From contig CP147778.1 of the NCBI GenBank assembly GCA_037305845.1, forward strand, positions 1,632,001 to 1,696,000: DNA of 64,000 nucleotides, written 5' to 3'. Below are positions 1 through 10,099 of the stretch, piece after piece. Within the stretch, counting starts at the first letter, position 1, and every line of letters starts with the position of its first letter. The stretch is from Candidatus Freyarchaeum deiterrae. GTDB taxonomy: Archaea; Asgardarchaeota; Jordiarchaeia; Jordiarchaeales; Jordiarchaeaceae. A program made the position numbers and the translations under genes. Below the pieces are notes generated by a model that worked only from the letters and a program-made list of their open reading frames with translations, had not been told where the DNA came from and did no database searches.

Positions 1-1
1 A

Positions 2-220
2 GTATTTTTAGCACATAAAGGACAAGAACCTAAAGATTATGCAAATGCATTAGAATGGTTACAAAGAGCTATGGCCGAAGGCGCGAAGGTACGGGTCTGT
101 GGGGTGTGTGTCCAAGGAAGAGGATTAAAACAAGAGGAGTTAATAGAAGGAGCTGAAGTGACAACAATGGAAGGACTAACCGACTGGATACAAGAAAGCG
201 ATCAAACAATTTGGATATAG
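2..220 (+). CDS. DsrE/DsrF-like sulfur relay protein (5'-truncated by window edge)
   Basis: Manual translation of frame 2: VFLAHKGQEPKDYANALEWLQRAMAEGAKVRVCGVCVQGRGL...DQTIWI*; CxxC-RG pattern of DsrE family; adjacent to TusA. Confidence 0.75.
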   Translation, partial: VFLAHKGQEPKDYANALEWLQRAMAEGAKVRVCGVCVQGRGLKQEELIEGAEVTTMEGLTDWIQESDQTIWI

Positions 221-232
221 GAGATGGTTTGA

Positions 233-457
233 GTGGAGGCGGAGTATCATCTGGACGTGAAGCAAAAGGCTTGCCCAATTCCAGTAATATTGATGAGAGA
301 TAAACTTAAAGAAATGAAAGAGGGGGAAGTGATAGAAATTATTACTGACTTTCCCTCCTGCAAGAATAATATAGAAAGAGCTGCCACGAAAGCGGGACAT
401 GAAATTTTGGGAATAATAGAAGACAAAGGAAACTTCAAGATATATGTAAAGAAGTAG
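233..457 (+). CDS. tusA: Sulfur carrier TusA/SirA family protein
   Basis: LDVxxxxCPxP motif, 74 aa, GTG start. Confidence 0.85.
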   Translation: MEAEYHLDVKQKACPIPVILMRDKLKEMKEGEVIEIITDFPSCKNNIERAATKAGHEILGIIEDKGNFKIYVKK

Positions 458-630
458 GAATTAAAGAGTTAAAGAGCGTGGCATGTATATATTTTGGCTA
501 ACCAATTTTTTTACGGGAAATGATGTGAATTTCAGCATTAGATTTAAACCATCTAAATACTTATTTTGAATAAAGTATATTTTGATAATGTAATCTAGAA
601 TAGAATTCAACTTACTAGAGGAGAAATTCA

Positions 631-1521
631 TTGCGTATTGATTTTTTAAAAACCTTTTTGGAAGTTGTTTCTGCTGGAAGTTTCCTTGAAGCAGCGAAGA
701 GGTTGAAAGTAACACAAGCCACAGTAAGTAATCAAATAGCTTCTCTCGAGGAATATTTTGGAGTTAAACTTTTCGTGAGAACTAGAGATGGAGCTTACCT
801 TACAGAAGAAGGTAAAATTCTAAACAAAAGGGCTCAACAGATTTTGGGTCTGGTGAACATCACTAATAAAGAAATTAGCAACTCCTCAGAAAAATTGAGA
901 GGTATAATAAAGATTGCAGCGAGCACAACTCCCGGTGAAAACATCTTACCAATTATTGCAGGAAGCTTCAAAAAAGAGCACCCTGAGGTAGATATTGAAA
1001 TAGAAATTGGAGACACAGGAACTAGCCTAAAAAAGCTCGCTGAGGGACGCGTTGACTTCGCTGCAATTGGTAGTTTAATGGATACTCAAAACATGTTTGA
1101 AACCAAAGTAATCGTAAGAGAACGCTTAGTAATTATAACCTCGGTTAATCACGAACTATCTAATAAAAAAGCTCTCGAACTCTCAGAAATTTTAAATTAC
1201 CCTTTTGTGTCAAGGGAACAAGCTTCAGGTACCAGAAACGAAATTAACAAGATATTTACCGAGCAGCACATTGACCCCAAAAAATTAGACATTATATTAG
1301 AATTGGGAAGCACAGGGGCTGTGATTACCGCGGTTTCAGAAGGAATCGGAATTAGTATAGTGTCTTCAATAGCAGCGGAGAAAGCTAAGGCAGCAGGATT
1401 GGTGAATATAGTTGAAATAAAGAATGCGAGAAATTGGCGTGAATTATTTCTCGTTAGACAAAAAAAACCAGAATACCCAGAAACATTAGAAAAGTTCTGG
1501 GAAAGCGTAAAAAAAGTATGA
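631..1521 (+). CDS. LysR-family transcriptional regulator
   Basis: N-terminal HTH (GSFLEAAKRLKVTQATVSNQIASLEEYFGVKLF), substrate-binding domain with REQASGTR. Confidence 0.9.
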   Translation: MRIDFLKTFLEVVSAGSFLEAAKRLKVTQATVSNQIASLEEYFGVKLFVRTRDGAYLTEEGKILNKRAQQILGLVNITNKEISNSSEKLRGIIKIAASTTPGENILPIIAGSFKKEHPEVDIEIEIGDTGTSLKKLAEGRVDFAAIGSLMDTQNMFETKVIVRERLVIITSVNHELSNKKALELSEILNYPFVSREQASGTRNEINKIFTEQHIDPKKLDIILELGSTGAVITAVSEGIGISIVSSIAAEKAKAAGLVNIVEIKNARNWRELFLVRQKKPEYPETLEKFWESVKKV

Positions 1522-1603
1522 CCCCATTTTAATCATTCATCCAACTTTGGAAAATATACTTGTATTTAGAAGAACGTTAATTATAAATGTTGAACATTAA
1601 AAA

Positions 1604-2571
1604 CTAAGTTAAGTCAGCAATATCGATTCCACATTCGGCTATTCTGTCAAGCATATCCACTATAGTATTTAGTGGGGTTGCTAAAACTGGTGCTTGATTT
1701 AGGATTTCTTCGTATGCTTCGTTTAAAGCTTTTTCTAGTTCAGGTTTTTTATCTATGGTCTTAGCCGCTAAATTCACGTCTTTTCTCAATAGTGCCTCGA
1801 TTGCATTTGAGTGAATCTCTTGTGTTATTTTACTTGTTTCTAGAATTTTTTGCAGCACAGTTTGGGGTATTGGTGTTTTCTGGAGCAGTGTAATTTGCCT
1901 AGCCATTTTTACAGCATGATCCGCTAGGGTTTCGATGCTTTTTACCACCGCACGATAGTCTAGACATTCTATTGCAGTTACTCCCATTTTCTCTGCTAAC
2001 CGAGGGTCTTGTATTGCGGCTCTGAGTTGCCGAACTATTAAGAAATAAAGCCTATTGACTTCTTCGTCACGGTTAATAACGTTCTTTGCCAGTTTATCAT
2101 CAAGCTCTTTAAGAGCGGTAATTACCTCTTCCTGCATTTTGGCGGCGATTAGATAAGTCCTTTTCATTGTTCTCCTTAAAGGAACCGCAGATGGAGACAG
2201 TAAACATTGTAGGGTAATATCCCGAGCATCTTCCTCAACTATTTCCACGCCCACCAGCTGTTGCAATGATTTTTTAACCTCTTCTCTTTGGTAAGGATTT
2301 ATTCGAGGGCCCTTTGATTTTAAACGAATAATATCATAGCCATAAAGATACTTTGCTGTAATTTCACGGGTGAAACCTTCATCCATTTCAATTTCAGCGA
2401 CTCTCAAATTTTCTCTTTCCGAATATTTAGGATCTACTAAAAGGGCTCCATCTCCTCTTTCGGTGATTGCAACCAAATCTCCTCTTTTTAATCCAAGACG
2501 TTTTATCCATTCCTTAGGGAGACTTATAAAAAAGTGCTGCCTCCAGTTTTCTGCAATTTTCGGATTTCCAT
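1604..2571 (-). CDS. AbrB-PhoU phosphate uptake regulator, -1 frameshift at codon ~15
   Basis: ATG at 2571 gives family-typical MEIRKLQKTGGSTFL*; ISLPKEW plus two PhoU repeats continue in the -1 frame across T TTT TTA. Confidence 0.8.
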
Positions 2572-3000
2572 ATTTTTCAAACCCCATTTGATTAAAAGAT
2601 ACTGACTAGTTTACAATATGCTATCAGAATATCATAAAAAGTTAAAATTTATAGTTCTTTTAAATTATTCAACGGAATTCTTTAGAAGTATATATAGTTT
2701 TGGGTATCTTAATATAGTACTAATTTTTTGTCTTTACTACAAAGAGTTTAGAAGTATGACCCATCTCTTAAAGGGATGTAATGAAACACAGCAAGTTTAA
2801 ACACCGAAAAAAAGAAAAAAAGTAATAGGATATGCCCCACTGAAATAACAGGCAAATACTATTAACAGGACGGCGATGCGCCCACCCTAGGCCTAATAAT
2901 GATAGCCCTCTGACCCTTTGTATTTGGAATTAGGCCAGCAAAAGCTATATCTTCCCAATAAACTTGTAAAGAATTAGAGTTTAATAGAAGTTGAAGAATC

Positions 3001-4620
3001 GTGCAAGCCAAGGATAGAGTCAAGAAAACATTAAAAATTATTCTCGAGGCAGGTTATCAGGTAACTCCAGACGCGTTGAAAGCCTTTTCACTTTATGAAA
3101 ACCCTGAAGATCTTGCAAAGGAGTTAATTTCGAAAATCGAAGAAGACTCGGAAAACATCATTACTATAGACAACAAATACATTAACGCATTAGAAGAAAA
3201 CCTTGAAACGGATAAGGAAATAGAACCGTCGGACCCCTCGAAGATAAAAAATCAAATCAGTGAGATAGCAAAACCAGAAAAAATAACACCAAAAACCCAA
3301 GAAACCATTAACAAAAATACAGAAACCCAAGAAATCAATACTAACAATCAATCTCTGTTAACTCAAGCAAGCCCAAAGAAATATTTAGCGAAAGATATTG
3401 ACGCAAGATTCGAAGTGATATTTGATCCAACCGGAAGAATGAAGGGTAAAGGCACATTTGAAAATTTCATAAACTATTTCAGAGACAGATACATGAGAAT
3501 TTACAATATCTTCCTTAAAAGGGGGGATATGGAAAATATTTCAAAATTTTCGGAAATTCCACCAGGCAAAGATAAGCAAACCAAAATAATAGGAATAATA
3601 ACCTCAATACAAAAAACGAAGTCTGGCAATATTCTAATGGAATTAGAAGACCTTGAGGGCTCAATCAAAGCAATCATCAATGAGAAGAATAGCGATGTAA
3701 TAAAAAAGGCAGAATATGCAATGTTGGATCAGGTATTATGTTTTGAAGGATATTTATCTAACGATATGTTCATCGTAAATGATTTCTTGTGGCCAGATAT
3801 TCCAATTAAACGAGAAAGGAATAAGTCGGATGAACCAATCTGTGCAGCGTTCATTTCGGATACACACTTTGGTAGTAGGGAATTTCTATCCGACTCATTT
3901 AAACGGTTTACCCAATGGTTAAAAGGACAAGTAGGAGACGAGAGAAGTAGAGAATTGGCAGGGCGTGTAAAATACCTAATAATTGCCGGAGACATAGTGG
4001 ATGGTATAGGTATCTATCCCACGCAGGAAGAAGATCTAGTAGTTACTAATATCCATGAGCAGTACGAGCTAGCAGCAAAATATTTTGAAGAAGTACCAGA
4101 TTATGTAAAAATGATCGCGATACCTGGAGGCCATGATGCAACTAGAATAGCACTCCCTCAACCCGCAATACCTAAGGAATACGCGGAACCCTTATACGAA
4201 ATCGGTGTAGAGATGTTAGGAGACCCCGCCCAGATTTTAACCCACAACGTGGAAACACTAATTTTTCATGGTGAAAGCTTAAACGATGTCACAGCAGCTA
4301 TACCTATAGAACAAACAAAACCACACAAAGCAATGACAGAATTAATAAAAGGAAGACATCTGAATCCAATATACGGAAATACACCAATAGCCCCTGAACC
4401 ACAAGATTGGCTTGTAATAGAAAGAGTTCCAGACATAGTACACTGCGGCCATATACATATCAATGATACAGGAGGATATAGAGGAGTAATCCTATTAAAT
4501 TCTGGAACTTTCCAATCACAAACAGCATATCAAAAATCGATGGGGCTAGAACCAACCCCCGCAAAACCATTAATTCTCGACCTGCAGTCGTATAAAATGA
4601 TTCAATTAGATTTCCTCTAA
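3001..4620 (+). CDS. polB: DNA polymerase D small (proofreading) subunit DP1
   Basis: YFRDRY, OB fold, phosphoesterase motifs SDTHFGS, AGDIVDGIGIYP, FHG, GHIH; next to cdc6. Confidence 0.95.
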   Translation: MQAKDRVKKTLKIILEAGYQVTPDALKAFSLYENPEDLAKELISKIEEDSENIITIDNKYINALEENLETDKEIEPSDPSKIKNQISEIAKPEKITPKTQETINKNTETQEINTNNQSLLTQASPKKYLAKDIDARFEVIFDPTGRMKGKGTFENFINYFRDRYMRIYNIFLKRGDMENISKFSEIPPGKDKQTKIIGIITSIQKTKSGNILMELEDLEGSIKAIINEKNSDVIKKAEYAMLDQVLCFEGYLSNDMFIVNDFLWPDIPIKRERNKSDEPICAAFISDTHFGSREFLSDSFKRFTQWLKGQVGDERSRELAGRVKYLIIAGDIVDGIGIYPTQEEDLVVTNIHEQYELAAKYFEEVPDYVKMIAIPGGHDATRIALPQPAIPKEYAEPLYEIGVEMLGDPAQILTHNVETLIFHGESLNDVTAAIPIEQTKPHKAMTELIKGRHLNPIYGNTPIAPEPQDWLVIERVPDIVHCGHIHINDTGGYRGVILLNSGTFQSQTAYQKSMGLEPTPAKPLILDLQSYKMIQLDFL

Positions 4621-4679
4621 TTATCCAATTATTTTATAAAATATTAAGTTGTAAAAAATTATTTTAACTAAAAAGTCTA

Positions 4680-4711
4680 GATATCAATTTTAGATATCAA
4701 CCACTGATATC
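4680..4711. repeat. GATATC array (3 exact copies, 13-bp period)
   Basis: GATATC at 4680, 4693, 4706 between convergent DP1 and cdc6. Confidence 0.9.
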
Positions 4712-4715
4712 ATCA

Positions 4716-5954
4716 TTAGCCTTGTGGGAGAGGAGGAACGTAATTAACCGTTTTTTTAATGTGATAATCGTTTTCGAGTATCCCTTTTATCTGTTCAGGA
4801 GGCATGTTGATCTTAATTTGTTTAGTCATGCCGTAACGACCCTCACTCTTGAGCTTAGCAATTATTATTCCGAGCATATCTAACTCTGCGATAAGTCCAC
4901 TGACACGCCTTTCTCCCAATATTTCCAGATTAACAATTTTACAAAGATCCGAATATACATCATAAACCAAACCAGTGGTTATTTTTGAGGATTTATTCCT
5001 GTCTAATAAGTAAATACTATAGAGGACAAGCTTAGATTGAATAGGAAGAGTTGAAATCACTTCCGAAACACGATCAGTCTCTAAAATACTTTGAGCCAGC
5101 TTAACACATTCCTGAGTAATTTTAGTCGCTCCCAGTCTTTCACCCTGCTCACCCGCAACACGCAAAAGATCCAAAGCGCGTCTAGCATCACCATGCTCTC
5201 TAGCCGCAAGAGCAGCGCAAAAATTAATCACGCCCGGTTCATCTAACACACCATCAGCGAAACTCATTTTCGCCCTCTCCCTAAGAATATCCTGCAACTC
5301 CAAGGCCCCATAAGGCGGAAAAACCAGCTCCTCTTCGCCCAAACTACTCAAAACCCGGGGATCCAAATTTTCTTTGAACTTTAGATTATTGGTAATGCCA
5401 ATAATACTGACACAAGCCGCCTTCAAAATAGAATGGTTAATCCTTGTTAAGTCATAAAGTACAGAATCTCCATCTTTATCCACTAATTTATCAACTTCAT
5501 CTAAAACAATAATCATAAGTCCCTTTCTAGAGTCCATTGCCGAGATAAAACGGTTGTAAACCTCGTCAGTAGGCAACCCTGTGAAGGGCACCTCAACACC
5601 AAGATTCTCACACAAATGAGCCAAAACACGATAATTAGTGTTAACAGTACTACAGTTCAAGTAAACATAATTGGGCGTTGAAACACCCATCTCTCTACAC
5701 TTTTCAGCCAAGTGTTTTAAAACATATTTAACCACTGCTGTTTTACCGGTTCCAGTTTTTCCATAAAGGAATACGTTAGACGGAGTTCCACTCTTTAGAG
5801 CAGTGGCTAAAATAATTCCCACTCGCCCTATCTCCTTAACACGATGCGGCAAGTTATCTGGAATATAAGTCGGACGAAGGACCTCCCGATCTTTGAATAT
5901 TCCTGGTCCCGAAAGGTATTTTTCGAATATGGAATCAAGGGGCTTCTCGCTCAT
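4716..5954 (-). CDS. cdc6: Orc1/Cdc6 replication initiator (origin-associated)
   Basis: YIPDNLPHR, Walker A GKTGTGKT, Walker B VLDEVD, GDARRALDLLR, C-terminal wHTH. Confidence 0.96.
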   Translation of the reverse strand: MSEKPLDSIFEKYLSGPGIFKDREVLRPTYIPDNLPHRVKEIGRVGIILATALKSGTPSNVFLYGKTGTGKTAVVKYVLKHLAEKCREMGVSTPNYVYLNCSTVNTNYRVLAHLCENLGVEVPFTGLPTDEVYNRFISAMDSRKGLMIIVLDEVDKLVDKDGDSVLYDLTRINHSILKAACVSIIGITNNLKFKENLDPRVLSSLGEEELVFPPYGALELQDILRERAKMSFADGVLDEPGVINFCAALAAREHGDARRALDLLRVAGEQGERLGATKITQECVKLAQSILETDRVSEVISTLPIQSKLVLYSIYLLDRNKSSKITTGLVYDVYSDLCKIVNLEILGERRVSGLIAELDMLGIIIAKLKSEGRYGMTKQIKINMPPEQIKGILENDYHIKKTVNYVPPLPQG

Positions 5955-6213
5955 GCTTCAACCTCTATTATTTGATGTCTACGATTTAAACTTTAATCTT
6001 GGTATTACACCCGTAGGATACTCCAACCTCTATTAGTTGATGGTTTCCTCAAGTAGCTAAGCAGCTGAATAAGAAACCGTTTCAACACCAAGCTCTTGAG
6101 AAAACAGTCCATCCTCCAGGGAGGGAACTAGCAAAAATTGCTTTGGAAATCAAGGTAATAAAGGTTGCGCAGAGGTATAATAATAAATAATTGAATAACA
6201 GACGCGAAATGAT

Positions 6214-6284
6214 GAAATCATTAAAAGATATCAAGCTAGATATCATAAAAAGTAATCCAAAAAAGGATACCAGAACAGGATATC
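6214..6284. repeat. GATATC-like array (6 units, 12-14 bp period)
   Basis: GAAATC 6214, GATATC 6227, GATATC 6239, GTAATC 6252, GATACC 6266, GATATC 6279. Confidence 0.85.
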
Positions 6285-6290
6285 AACAGT

Positions 6291-6782
6291 TCAAGTAAAC
6301 AGATAATCAAGTTGAGAGACGGCCTCAATCCTATCCTTCACTTTTTCTGTTCTAAGACGGTAACGATACTGTTTACGAGTACCAGTTCTCTCAAGCATAG
6401 ATTCCTTACTCTCGTCATAAATTCTAGCAAGGTAAGTAGACATAGTACTCAGAGGAAGACCCTCTTTAAAGAGATTAACATACTGCTCCTGAACATCATT
6501 AGAAGTAAACCACCCATGCTTGAAACACTTCAATAAAACAATCTCCACCTTCTCCTTCAGAGAGAGACTATCCAAATCAGTATAGGTGGCAGACACAGAA
6601 CTATCGCCAGAAGAACTATTACTAGAAACTTCGGACTCAACTTCAAACGAAGAAAATTTTTTTGATAGCGCCTCTACCAATGAGGCTGCTAAATGGGGTG
6701 GTATATCCCCCTCTAGGGTAAGCGTTACTTTGCGATCTGTTTCCGAATCCGAAATCTCAAACTTGTATTTTCTTTTTGGCAA
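6291..6782 (-). CDS. Hypothetical protein with probable C-terminal winged helix, origin-flanking
   Basis: 163-aa ORF, TTG start after GGTGG; WFTSxDVQEQY...LSTMSTYLARI...RQYRY resembles wHTH; Ser-rich linker. Confidence 0.7.
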   Translation of the reverse strand: MPKRKYKFEISDSETDRKVTLTLEGDIPPHLAASLVEALSKKFSSFEVESEVSSNSSSGDSSVSATYTDLDSLSLKEKVEIVLLKCFKHGWFTSNDVQEQYVNLFKEGLPLSTMSTYLARIYDESKESMLERTGTRKQYRYRLRTEKVKDRIEAVSQLDYLFT

Positions 6783-7071
6783 GCAGTTCCACCCGAAATT
6801 GAGGTACGGTAATAATTGTATTCACATGTATATATAGTTTATCTTTTAATAAGAAATTTGTGAACCAACCGATAAAAGAATCATAAAGAAAACAATAAAA
6901 CATAGTATAATATTTTACAAAATAAACACGAAATATTGACCAAAATACAAAAAAGAGGAAAAAATAAACCTTAAACAAAAAATAGAGTGCATTTTCCATA
7001 TTTTTTTATATTCACAGATTCACAAAAACACCATACTTAAAAACAATAAAAAAGAATTTTTATTAACAATC

Positions 7072-7091
7072 TCCACTGGAAACAAAGGGGT
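7072..7091 (+). promoter_or_regulatory. ORB element 1
   Basis: TCCACTGGAAACAAAGGGGT. Confidence 0.88.
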
Positions 7092-7300
7092 AAGTAATAA
7101 AAATGACATTAACACAAAAAGCCGAAATCTTTTCTAAAAATAACCAATTTAAAGCCTTATTTCAACAATCAGATTAACAAATGACGCGTCAACTGTGAAT
7201 GACATTAACACTGGAGATCCCAAGGAAAATTCTACTAATAATCAAAACACCGCCCCAGGAAGGTGAGAAAACAAGTTTCCTGAAGATAATTTCAAGATAT

Positions 7301-7332
7301 GATACCAATTTCAGATATCAATATTTGATATC
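7301..7332. repeat. GATATC-like array (3 units, 13-bp period)
   Basis: GATACC 7301, GATATC 7314, GATATC 7327. Confidence 0.8.
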
Positions 7333-7494
7333 ATGGTTTTTTTAAACAATTAAAAAGCTTGGAACACATGTTCTAACAAAAACATCTGGGGCATATCAAA
7401 TTTTAATATGTCTTATACCTAAAAGAAAAATCAAACTGACTATAAAGAGGGACTTGAAATTAATTACATTTATGTATATGACATTCTACCGGGC

Positions 7495-7746
7495 ATGAAA
7501 AGAGATCCAGTGAGGATGAAGTTTTATAAAGAGTTGTTCGGCTTCAATTATTCTTGGGAAACAAAGAACCAAAGAAAAGTTAAATATCAACCCGGTTTGC
7601 TAGACTATGAGGGATGCGAGACGGCGGGTGACAGCGCAATATTAGTTCCTGAAGAGTATGTAGAAGAGTTCAATTCCTTTTTCAGAAAGTATCGGAATAT
7701 TATCTCATGCCGAGTTTTTATAGTACAAGAGGAAGTAAAACTATAG
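7495..7746 (+). CDS. Small hypothetical protein, possibly Cas2/VapD-like fold; true start may be upstream (non-AUG)
   Basis: Frame open from 7423; YIYVYDIL...RMKFYKELFG...SAILVP; GAGGG at 7447. Confidence 0.55.
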   Translation: MKRDPVRMKFYKELFGFNYSWETKNQRKVKYQPGLLDYEGCETAGDSAILVPEEYVEEFNSFFRKYRNIISCRVFIVQEEVKL

Positions 7747-7814
7747 AAATTAGAACACGTGTTCTAATTAATTAAAATTCGGCCCTCAAAAGGTAAAAAG
7801 TCAATCAAACCCCT

Positions 7815-7836
7815 ACCCCAACATTTCTACTGGAAA
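7815..7836 (-). promoter_or_regulatory. ORB element 2
   Basis: Minus strand TTTCCAGTAGAAATGTTGGGGT. Confidence 0.85.
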
Positions 7837-7991
7837 TACTAACTACCCTTAGCATGGTATTTGTTTGTTAGTTAGTAACTACTCCCCCGTTTAAAATTGT
7901 TTCTTTCTATATTTAAACATACTTATCAAAGTTTTTCGATTAACAACTCAAGATTTATTTCCAATAAAATTTGTAATCAACAGTAAACAGT

Positions 7992-8013
7992 TTTCCAGTA
8001 GAAACCAAGGGGT
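7992..8013 (+). promoter_or_regulatory. ORB element 3
   Basis: TTTCCAGTAGAAACCAAGGGGT, inverted relative to ORB2. Confidence 0.88.
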
Positions 8014-8311
8014 GCGTTTTTAAAACTTTCCAAGTCACCTTCCAGGATTAGAGAACCGAACTAAACTTTTCAAAAAATAGTAAACCCATTGGAATAGCTC
8101 TTAGAGTTAATTTATGGTAACTAAATGAGCAGCATACAAATTAAAGAACTGTGGTCAGTAAAGAATGGTTTCATTTCTTGTATTAGTGAACAATGTGAAT
8201 CTTTCTGAAAAAGAAAGTTACGAGTATCAAAAAAGTAATATCTGGATCCGCGTCGTCATTATTTTTTCGAACGATGTTTAACCGGTAACTAATGCTATAC
8301 CTCATCAGCAC

Positions 8312-8382
8312 GCTATCTATTTTTGATTTCGAGAGTAGACATCATTGTCTGATATCAATTTTTAGCATCATTTTTTGATGTC
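8312..8382. repeat. GATATC-like array (6 units, exact 13-bp period)
   Basis: GCTATC 8312, GATTTC 8325, GACATC 8338, GATATC 8351, AGCATC 8364, GATGTC 8377. Confidence 0.8.
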
Positions 8383-9043
8383 AAGGTATTCTTAGTAGTC
8401 GGATTAGAATTTGTGCTGATAATCAAATCGAGTAGTACAATCTAATTCCTTTGAAATTGGTTGCAAACATGTAGTTCTTGACCGTTCAGGCACTATGAGA
8501 ACCTGAGTTAATTGTCCTGTAATCATAATTCCTGTAATTTAGTTTACTGCAGCTCTCAAAATTATTCTAAATTGTCAAATATTAAAAGTTTAAACCAATG
8601 GAACTAGGTGGATCTGTTTTTATGAATTGGATATATTTGGGGGCTTTTATTATTTCGAGAATATTGAAGATTGTAACTGCTATCCTTTTTACGAAGATCA
8701 AAGCAAGAAAACCTCATCACCTCTCAAAAGGTAGGGAATAAATTTACAGGGTTTAAAATGCAAAAAGGAAAAAAGTATAATGGGACTGGATTACCCTGAA
8801 AGTTGGGAAGATATTAATTTGAGGGTGATATGCCCCGCATTTCTAACTATAATTCAGAAGTGTAGATCCTAACCTTCAATTTTTTGGGGTATTCCAGAAT
8901 AAGCAGACAGCAATATTTGGGGGCATTCCCTCTTTCTATATATTGATTCAAAAACTCGCGTGGGATTGATCCGGAAAAGATAATTTCATTTTCTTACTTT
9001 TATTCGCCCCTATTTAATGTAAATTTGGAAGAGCCGAAATTTT

Positions 9044-9120
9044 GATATCAAAAGATGTAATCCATAAATGATATTTAATGCAGATATCAGATATCTTAAA
9101 TAGATATCAAAAATGATATC
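9044..9120. repeat. GATATC-like array (7 units)
   Basis: GATATC 9044, GTAATC 9057, GATATT 9070, GATATC 9083, 9090, 9103, 9115. Confidence 0.88.
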
Positions 9121-9884
9121 AAGCAGTTAGAGGAATAAGAAATCAGCGGCAGGACCAGGACTTACAAGACGTTGGCCTGCTTTACTTTAATCGAGGTAGA
9201 AAAGCTGAAGAATAAAAACAAAAAGATATCATTGTTATTGCTCTTAATCTGAAAGAATTATCTAGAAAATTTAGAAAAATGTTTACAAAAGTGTATACGG
9301 AGAACCCTCCTCCGTAGGAACCGCGAAAATTTCTTACTATATTAAGGGAGTAATATCTAGATAGTCTATATGGGTTAAAAAACGCATAAAAACCGATATT
9401 TTAACCGAACTCATTGAGATAATAGACAAAAAAGATTTTTAAAAAAGAAAATAATAGAGCTTTTCAACAAAAATAACGAATTTTAATCTTTGAATTTTCG
9501 TAAAATGAATGATATTAAGCGAGGCAATAACCCTTGGTAGTAATTTTTGAAACATAGATTTTGAGAATTAGCCTGGGGCTACTATCAAAATATACCAGCG
9601 CTTGCAAATCTTATCATATCTACGACTGGTTCCTATTTTTTCATTGTTTTTTAAAAAGACCACTGGTAAACCTGTTGCTTGAGTAAAGCTGAAAATTATA
9701 ATTCCAGCAATTGTAACGCTTGGCTTCGGAAATTGCACGCATGGAAAATTCTTTCGGATTAACGGTCAGGGTCTTGATCCCTTTTAGTTTTTAACTTTTT
9801 TATTATTTGAGTTGGTTTTCTACTATTACTGTTCCTCTCGTTTGTAGCTCTTTGATGCATTTTTTTATTACGTCTCGACCCTTT

Positions 9885-9935
9885 GATATCTCTTTCTGAT
9901 ATCTTTTTCTGAAATCAGTATCTGATTTCGATATC
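9885..9935. repeat. GATATC-like array upstream of AAA+ gene
   Basis: GATATC 9885, 9898, GAAATC 9911, GATTTC 9924, GATATC 9930. Confidence 0.85.
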
Positions 9936-10099
9936 TTTATCAATTATGAGTAATAATAAAATATTTGCCAATTGTTATTTATTCCGTAGCCAGTTGGAAA
10001 TCATTTGAGTATATCATTAAATAATGGTTGAAATGTTATCCAAGGGCGTTGTTTCGTCTTTATTGTATGGTTGAAGCATTTAATTTAGAGGTGATACTC

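Larger units (their letters stand above)
7072..8013. other. Replication origin oriC (three ORB elements, AT-rich spacers)
   Basis: ORB-consensus matches at 7072-7091 (+), 7815-7836 (-), 7992-8013 (+), about 1 kb upstream of cdc6. Confidence 0.88.

Noticed and set aside
224-235. Selenocysteine readthrough of ATG GTT TGA in frame with tusA
   Set aside because: The TGA is not at a Cys-equivalent position, no SECIS was recognised, and GTG 233 gives a full-length TusA.
2890-2936. Hairpin GGCCTAAT/ATTAGGCC enclosing ATGATA and CTGA (possible sRNA or k-turn) upstream of DP1
   Set aside because: Boxes are imperfect and too closely spaced for a guide RNA; insufficient support.
3290-3345. Short duplication AAACCCAAGAAA in DP1
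   Set aside because: Low-complexity linker typical of the variable DP1 N-terminal region.
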